A stretch of DNA of 64,000 nt from the human T2T-CHM13v2.0 reference genome, Homo sapiens. Where the stretch lies: NCBI RefSeq assembly GCF_009914755.1, contig NC_060927.1. One strand, given 5' to 3'. Position 1 is the first letter of the stretch. The number at the start of each line of letters is the position of its first letter. The notes beneath the pieces were generated by a model. It did no database searches, was not told the DNA's origin, and saw only the letters and a list, made by a program, of their open reading frames with translations. Shown in pieces: positions 53,762 to 64,000 of this stretch. The translations under genes were made by a program, and so were the position numbers.

Positions 53762-55657
53762 TAAAGACTCTACTAAAATGCTGTTGGAATTAATAAATGA
53801 ACAAAGTTTCAGTTTACAAAATCAGCATACTAAAATCAATAGCATTTTTACGCACTCTTTCACAAAATGTACAAAAAATTAAAATAGAAATAAAATTTAA
53901 TCAAGGAAGGGGAAAATCTACACACTGAAAATTACCAAACTTTGAAAAATAAAATTGAAAAAGACACATATAAGTGGAAACCTACTTTGTATATGGATTA
54001 AAAGAATTTATATTGTTAGAGTTTTTATAATATCCAAAGTGATGCATATATTTAATACAATCCCTTTCAAAATTCCAATGTTATTTTTTAGAGAAATAAA
54101 AAAAAATTCTAAAATTCATATGTAAATACGAAAACTACTCAATAGCTAGAGAAATCTTACATAAAAAGAACAAAGCTGGAAGTGTCATATTACCTGAGTT
54201 CAAAATACATTACAAAGCTATAGTAATTGAAGCAGCATGGTACTGACATTAAAATAGACACATCAACCAATGGAACAAAATAGAAATTCCAAAATAAATT
54301 TACATATTTATTTTAATTGATTTTCAACAAAGGTACTAAGAATAAACAAATGAGAAAAAAACTGTTTATTTATTAAAAGGTGCTGAGAAAACTAAATATC
54401 CATAGGCAGAGGAGTGAGATTGGATCCTTACCTTACACCATATACAAAAAATGACTCAAAATGGATTAAAGCCTTAAATGTAACATCTGAAACTAAAACT
54501 ACTAGAAAAAAAACATAAAAGAAAAAGCTTCATAACATTGCCCTTGGCAGTGATTTTTTTTAATTTGATCTGAAAAGGTGAGGCAACAGCAACAAAAAAG
54601 ACAAATGAGATTTTATCAAATGCAAAAGTTTCTGTAGAGCAAAGGAAAAAAAAATAAAAGAGTAAAGAGGAAGCCTACAGAATAAAAAACCTTGTAAACC
54701 ATGCATGTGGTAAGAGTTAGTATCTAAAATTATAAGGACCTCAAATAACTCAATAGCAAAAAAACAAAAAATAAAAACTCAATTTAAAAATAGGCAGATG
54801 ACCAAATAGGACACCTCTCGATGGAAGACATACAAACAACCAACAGATATTTGAAAATATGCTCAGTATCACTAATCATTAAGAAATGCAAATTAAAACC
54901 CCAATGAAATATCACCTGACACCTGGCAGAATGGCTATTTTCAAAAAGATGAAAGATAACAAGTGTTGATGAAGATGTAGGGAAAAGTGAACACTAGCCC
55001 ACTGTTGATGGGAATTTAAATTAGTATAACCATTATGGGAAACAATATGGAGATCTCTTAAAAAAGTAAAAATAGAGTTACCATATGATCCAGCAATCCC
55101 ACTTCTGTATATATATTCAAATACTTTGAAATCAGTACATCTAAGAGATACTGCACTTCCATTTTTATTGCATCATTATTCACAACAATCAGGATATAGA
55201 AACAACCTAAGTGTCTATCAACAGATGAACAGAAGAAAATGTGTTATATATTCACAATAGAATACCACTTAGCCTTAAAAAAGGGGGATATTATGCCATT
55301 TCTACTAATATGGATGAACAAGGAGAACGTTATACTAAGTGAAATAAGCTGGGCACAGAAAAACAAATACTGTAAGAATATTCATGTGAAAGATAAAAAA
55401 ATGAACACATAGAAACAGAGAGAATCATGGTTACCGGAGGCTGAGGAGTGGGAAGAATGGGGAGATATTATTTAAAGATTACAAAACGTTCAGTTAGACA
55501 GTAAGAATGAATGATAAGTATTTGAAGAGAGCTGTCTTAATTAGCTTGACTCAATCTTTCCACATTGCATACATATATCATAGCCTCACTTTGTACCCCA
55601 TAAATATGTACAACTATAATTTGTCAACATCCAATAAAAAACAAACAAACAAACAAA
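52119..55657 (+). mobile_element. Old L1MA (MA6-8-like) ORF2 remainder and 3' UTR
   Basis: NYTLDQMNVRDIYR (endonuclease), GFPPGIQEWFN (RT); 3' end CATATATCATAGCCTCACTTTGTACCCCATAAATATGTACAAC; (CAAA)n tail. Confidence 0.88.
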
Positions 55658-56084
55658 GATTCATTTTGAGGAGTGGTCTCATGCAATTATGAAGATTGCC
55701 AAGTCCCACAATCTACTGTTTTCCAGCCTGGAGATCCAGGAAAGCCAGTGGTGTTATTCCAGTCTTAGAGAGAAAGCCTGAGAACCAGAGAAGCTCATTG
55801 TGTAAATCTCAGTCCAAAGGCAGAACATTTATGTCCCAGCTACAGAAGGAAGGCAGAAAGTAGAAAGGGGCAAATCTCTCCTTTCTCAGTCTTTTGTATT
55901 ATTCAGGCCCTCAAGGAATAAGATGATGCCTACTGGCATCAAAAAAGACAATGTACTTTACTGAATCCACCAATTCAAATGTGAATCTGATCTAAAAATA
56001 ACTTTCAGAGACACACTCAGAATTAATGTTTAATCTGGGCACCTGTTATCCCTATAAAGTTGATGCATAAAATTAACCATCATG
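55658..56084 (-). mobile_element. MLT2B-like LTR, second piece
   Basis: CTCATGCAATTATGAAG...AAGTCCCACAATCT...GGAAAGCCAGTGGTGT...AAGTTGATGCATAAAATTAACCATCA. Confidence 0.88.
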
Positions 56085-56349
56085 CACTAGTAGAACCACA
56101 GCTTCTGAATATTGTAGGAGATAAGTTTGTTGATATACTACCAGAAAATATCTTCAATTTTCTGCTTAAATTAGGATACGAATAGTCAGCAAATTTTCTT
56201 CTGATCAAGATTTTTTTTTCTTTTTCATGTTACTTAACAGTAACCATTGGAATACAGAAGCATTTCTAAGTACATATTAAGAAAAAAAATCCAGTATCCA
56301 CCACTTGTATCAAACTACAATAAATGTACAAGCAGATTTTACCACTTAG

Positions 56350-56695
56350 ATATTATTATTATTATTATTATTATATTTTAAGTTCTGGAATACATGTGCA
56401 GAATGTGCAGGTTGGTTACATAGGCATACACGTGCCATGGTGGTTTGCTGCACCCATCAACTCGTCATCTACATTAGTTATTTCCCCTAATGCTATCCTT
56501 CCCGTAATCCCCCAAAGCCCAGCTGGCCCTGGTGTGTGATATTCCCCTCTCTGTGTCCATGTGTTCTCATTGTTCAACTCCACTTATGAGTGAGAACGTG
56601 CAGTGTTTGGTTTTCTGTTCCTGTGTTAGTTTGCTGAGAATGATGGTTTCCAGCTTCATCCATATCCCTACAAAGGACATGAACTCATCATTTTT
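56350..56695 (-). mobile_element. L1PA7-like terminal ~330 bp with (TAA)n tail
   Basis: TTAAGTTCTGGAATACATGTGCAG...CATCTACATTAG...AAGGACATGAACTCATC. Confidence 0.92.
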
Positions 56696-59580
<2,885 letters not shown>

Positions 59581-62556
59581 TACTACTTTGTTTTAAAGGT
59601 CATTTGTGTGCTCACAAAATGCAAGTTTAAAACGTTAGATTTCAATGTAGCTTTAAATAGAAAATCAAAGCTTTGTGTTAGCTTATTCAATGTTGCTTCC
59701 ATTCTTCCATCTCGCTAGAAAAGTCTTCATGAAACTTCTGCTGAGTTTCTTTCAAAAAAAATTGCCCAAGGCAAAGTACCAGAGAAATAGTTAAAAATTA
59801 TTCATAGTTTAAAGAAAAATCAGTTTATCAGTGTATAACTTTAATCCATTAAAGAAAGTTTATTGTAATCAATATTCCTTTAAAAACCTGTAGCCTAAAA
59901 TAAATATTTATGAATTACTAACTTCAAGTTATTGTTCTTTGTCTAAATGCTATGATATTCAAGATTTTTTCATTTTAAAATATTTTCAAATTAATAGTAC
60001 TTATTTTTGTCTTTTTTTAAATATAATATTATCTGTTAGACCTACCAATACCTCAGCCTATCGACTTCAAAGTGTTTTTCCCTTTGCTTTGAATTGAAAA
60101 TTTTCCTATAATTAAGGCAGTCTTAATTTCTGTGATATATTTGTGTGGTTACAGAAGGCCCAAAGTATGTTAGTTGTGATGATGACAAAACCATCTTCAT
60201 CTTGTCTGTCAAAAATAGCATCTATGTTCATGGCTTTATTCCAATTAAGAATGGGGTGAGATTCTCTAAAGTAAAGAACTTGAAATACCGTTGGGAACTC
60301 AAATGATTCAGAGTAAGAACCACATAGGAGACTAGCAAGAACCATTTGTAATAATTGCCTAGGATACCTTTTTTTTTTTTCACTTTGCCTGTTTGCAAAA
60401 AAATGTGATGAAAAATGGTCTCAAAGGACAAAGTATGATTTTAAGTCTCCAGCAAAGCAGAAACAGCAGAAAATAATAATATCTTATGCACCCAAGTGAA
60501 TTTAAGAAGATCAAAGAGAATGGTTAGTTGTCTTGTCCTTTGCTGCACACAGCAAAAAATGAAAACTGCAACTTTCAATAAAGCACTGCATAGACAACTC
60601 TACAAAGATGTAAGACGTCTCAGGACTAGAAAACAGCAATCTCAGACATTATCTTCAGTGAGTATATTTGAGAATAAATGCCATTCACCTTTATAGATGT
60701 GAGACAGATGATCATTTTAGTTTCTTTGTACGTTTAGGTATTATAGCCATTAAAAAAGATTATAAGTACACTGTTCTAAAATGTGGTACTAATATTAACC
60801 AGGATTCAGTATTGTGTAAAATCAGAGAATGGGGTAAATAAATTTAGTTCAACAGCCACCCTCTTTCCCTTTAAACACAGTGTAAAACAAGGTGACTTAC
60901 ATATAAAGAGTAAAAATTTGTTTCTTTCAAATTTGTAATTCTGGGAAATGGTGGTTTGGAAAGAAATATAAGCTTCCATCGTTGTCCTTTATTATTTGTA
61001 CTACTTTCTTTGATAAAGATGACTTAAAAAGCAAACTGACGGGTAATATCAGAGAGCACAGTTCAACTAAATGGTATTTTATTCAATGATCTTTTCATAA
61101 AATATGCCTAATTGTTATGACTATATAATAAAATATTTGACAAAAACAAATGGAATGTGAAATGAGTTTACCCACATTTCTATAGATTTTTACAGAGCTT
61201 CAGAGACTGTGAGGTGTAAAATAGGATTCAGGAAACACACAGAAGGCTGCTTCACTTGCATATATTCTCTTACACATTTGTAACAGTGACCTCTCTATTT
61301 TCCTAAACTCTAAGTTTATCACACCCTTTTTGTCCTGAGGAAAGTGTTTATAGTTTTCTCAACCTGTCAGGTTTACCTTACTCCTGAGACAGGCTTAGAT
61401 CTGTTAGTTACGTGACTTGATACTCTTTTATTGTTTTTTAACTGTGAAAAGAAGTTTGAATTTTCAAAGCAGCCATGCAAACTAATTTGAAATGTGATCA
61501 ATTTTATTCAAGGTTTATATTGTCCAGGCACTTGTCACTTTTACAGCCACACATAGAAAAGCAGGCGTGGCTGCTGCCAAAGTCAGAATTAAAACAAAAC
61601 CGAAGTAAAATTTTCTATTGTATTTTTTCATTTTATGAAACTTACACATTATGTTTCTTCTTCTTTTACATGTCATTCACCTACTCTTTAAATGTCAAAG
61701 GAAATAAACATCCCTGAAATTATCAATGTCATTATTGCTTTATGCCTTTCCAAGATCAGTACAAAAGGAATCTTGTGAACATTCTGGTTTAGATAACAAT
61801 AATTTAAATGTGTAATATAACAAATATGTTAAAGGAACCAAAGAAAACTTTGAAACATCTCAAAATACGGAAAGTTGCAAATATACAGTAAACATGAAAC
61901 GACTAACAATCTAGTAACAAAATTGGGTCAGAATTCAAAGTACCTTAAAATAAAAATTATCAAAGTCCACTGATGTTTTGAACAACACCAGATATTCAAA
62001 ATTAAAATAGATTTGTTTACTTCATGCCTTCTTTGCTTACAGGATAAAATGAATAACTGAACTATGCAAATAATTGTTAACTGAATCACTGCAGGTCAGA
62101 AAACTTTCACAAAACAGAGCAAAATTAATGCATATGGTAGAATTCATACACCCCCACTCACACCCCCTACACACATGTACATATAAATCAGATATTAACC
62201 TTCCCTTTTGCATGTTGCTCCCATAGTATAAAAGGGCTCTACTGTTTCTGATCTCTTGTCCTTGCTCCCCTAACCAATTGTATGGGATGAGACTTTTTGT
62301 TGTTGTTGTTGTATCATTAAGATTTCGTCTTTAGCTTTTATATTTCTCCGTATGGATTCAATAGTTGATGGTAGTACTCAATAAGTTTCCAGCACGGGAG
62401 CAGAAATCTGGAAAATTGAAGAAGTAGAACTAGAACCATGTATGATTTCATGTAGAGGGACTGCCTTAGTAGTAACAAAAATTAGGAAAGGCAGCAAGCA
62501 AGAATAAGCCTAAATACTGGAAGCATTTTGGGAGTGACGGCCTGGAGTAGGAAAAG

Positions 62557-63096
62557 TATATTTGTCTGCCCAGGCTGCAATAACAAAATACCACAGGCCA
62601 GGTGAGGTGGTTCATGCCTACAGCCCCAGCACTCTGGGAGGCCATGATGTGTCAATAGCCTGAGCTCAGCTGTTCGAAACTAGCCTGGCCAACATGGCAA
62701 AACTCTGTCTCTACAGGAAAAAAAAAAAACAAAAAAAAAATTAGGTAGGTGTGGTGGAGTATGCCTGTGGTCTCAGCTACTCAGAAGACTGAGGAGGGAG
62801 GATCACTTGAGTCCTAGAGTTTGAGGCTGTCCTAGACAACAGAGTGAGACCTTGTCTCAAAAACAAACAAGCAAAAAACCAACCACAGATTGCATGACTT
62901 AAATAACGAAATTTATTTTCTCATAGTTCTGAATACTGGAAAGTCTATGATCAAGGTTTGGCATGGTTTGGTTCCTTGTGAAGACTCTCTTCCTGGCTGG
63001 TAAATGAGCACTTTGTCCTCATATGGCTTTTCCTATATAAGTGTCTCTAGAGAGAGAGCACAAGCTCTTCGGTGTCTCTTCTGATAAGTACACTAA
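62557..63096 (-). mobile_element. MLT1A-type LTR interrupted by an Alu
   Basis: CAGGCTGCAATAACAAAATACCACAG...TTAAATAACGAAATTTATTTTCTCATAGTTCTG...GGTGTCTCTTCTGATAAG. Confidence 0.85.
62596..62880 (+). mobile_element. AluJ with right-arm deletion
   Basis: GGCCAGGTGAGGTGGTTCATGCC...GGAGGATCACTTGAG...GAGTGAGACCTTGTCTCAAAA; ACCACAG repeated on both sides. Confidence 0.88.
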
Positions 63097-63367
63097 GATG
63101 GGGAAAAAAACTGAAGTAATAATGTAATGCTGAGTTTTAGAATGACTCTCAGTGGAGAGAGGAAATAGCACTGTTTACTGTTAAAGAGATTTGTCTTCAT
63201 TCAAAGACTTGACCTCAATAATCAAAATACAGGAGGTACTATTGTCTAGCATCAAAATAATGCAATATTAGCCCCTAGAATGATCTAATTTTTCAATATT
63301 TTTGTAGAAATTATGTAGATGTCAGCAATTTGCTTTATCAAAAAATAAAAGGCATTTCATAGAACGT

Positions 63368-63437
63368 CCTAGATGAATTAGTAATAACTTTTTGAGGAAT
63401 ACCCTAGATGAATTAGTAATAACTTTTTGAGGAAAAC
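63368..63437. repeat. 35-bp tandem duplication
   Basis: CCTAGATGAATTAGTAATAACTTTTTGAGGAA(T/A)AC twice, 34/35 identical. Confidence 0.95.
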
Positions 63438-63609
63438 TTGAATTCTCAAATTCTTGAATATAGTTAAATGAAGGATGCTGGTAATTTCAAGGTGATGTTT
63501 GAAGTATGTAAAAACCCTTAGCAAATCAGAAATCATGGTTGGCTTGAAGAGATACCAAATAGGGTGCCCTGTGTGAACATGAGTTGTTTCTTTTAAAAAA
63601 ATGTGCTTT

Positions 63610-63972
63610 ATTTCTTCTTTAAAAAAAAATGGGATACATGTGCAGAACATGCAGGTTTGTTACATAGACATGCATGTGCCATGGTGGTTTGCTACACCTA
63701 TTGACCTGTCCTCCAAGTTCCCTCCACTCAGCCCCACCCCACAACAGCCCCTGATGTGTGTTGTTTTCCTCTCTGTGCCCATGTGTTCTCAATGTTAAAC
63801 TCCCACTTATGAGTGAGAACTTGTGGTGTTTGGTTTTCTGTTCCTGTGTTAGTTTGCTGAGGATGACGGCTTCCAGCTTCATCCATGTCTCTGCAAAGGA
63901 CCTGATCTCATTCCATTTTTTGGCTGCAGAGTATCCCATGGTGTATATGTACCACCTATTCTTTAACCAGCC
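63610..63972 (-). mobile_element. L1PA8-like 3' end
   Basis: CCTATTGACCTGTCCTCCAAGTTCCCTCC is the short L1PA8-type 3' UTR. Confidence 0.88.
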
Positions 63973-64000
63973 TCGCCAGCATATATTTTTTCCTGACTTT

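Noticed and set aside
59600-62500. Isolated splice-like signals (e.g. plus-strand 62043-62094) and short ORFs in unique DNA
   Set aside because: Weak or unpaired sites, no coherent frame and no recognisable protein

Overview
AT-rich, CpG-poor primate genomic DNA, most likely human or hominoid given AluY, L1PA3-like, THE1 and MSTA elements. Well over half the window is interspersed repeat. I recognise no intact protein-coding gene: the ORF-track entries are decayed LINE-1 ORF1/ORF2 fragments, Alu- or microsatellite-derived frames, or chance ORFs. The only RNA-gene-derived feature is a tailless 7SK retropseudogene (44787-45025, minus) with a 15-bp target-site duplication (TSD). The most informative structure is the nested stack at ~41.95-56.1 kb. 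There an MLT2 LTR is split by an old L1MA, which is itself split by an L1MA2/3 element. A ~3-kb block of this stack (43201-46248) is inverted, and ~2 kb of the L1MA2/3 is missing exactly where a twin-primed L1PA7 carrying a probable 3' transduction is inserted. This looks like a fossil L1-insertion-associated inversion/deletion. Other notable items are an L1PA3 3' end inside an AluY linker, two L1PA13-like halves 32 kb apart that break at the same consensus position, a doubled-3'-end L1PA7, a MER53 with a miR-1302-like arm, and weak candidate exon chains on both strands. I found no convincing novel biological system. All subfamily calls were made by eye from remembered consensus sequences and need RepeatMasker/Dfam confirmation; boundaries of old repeats are approximate.
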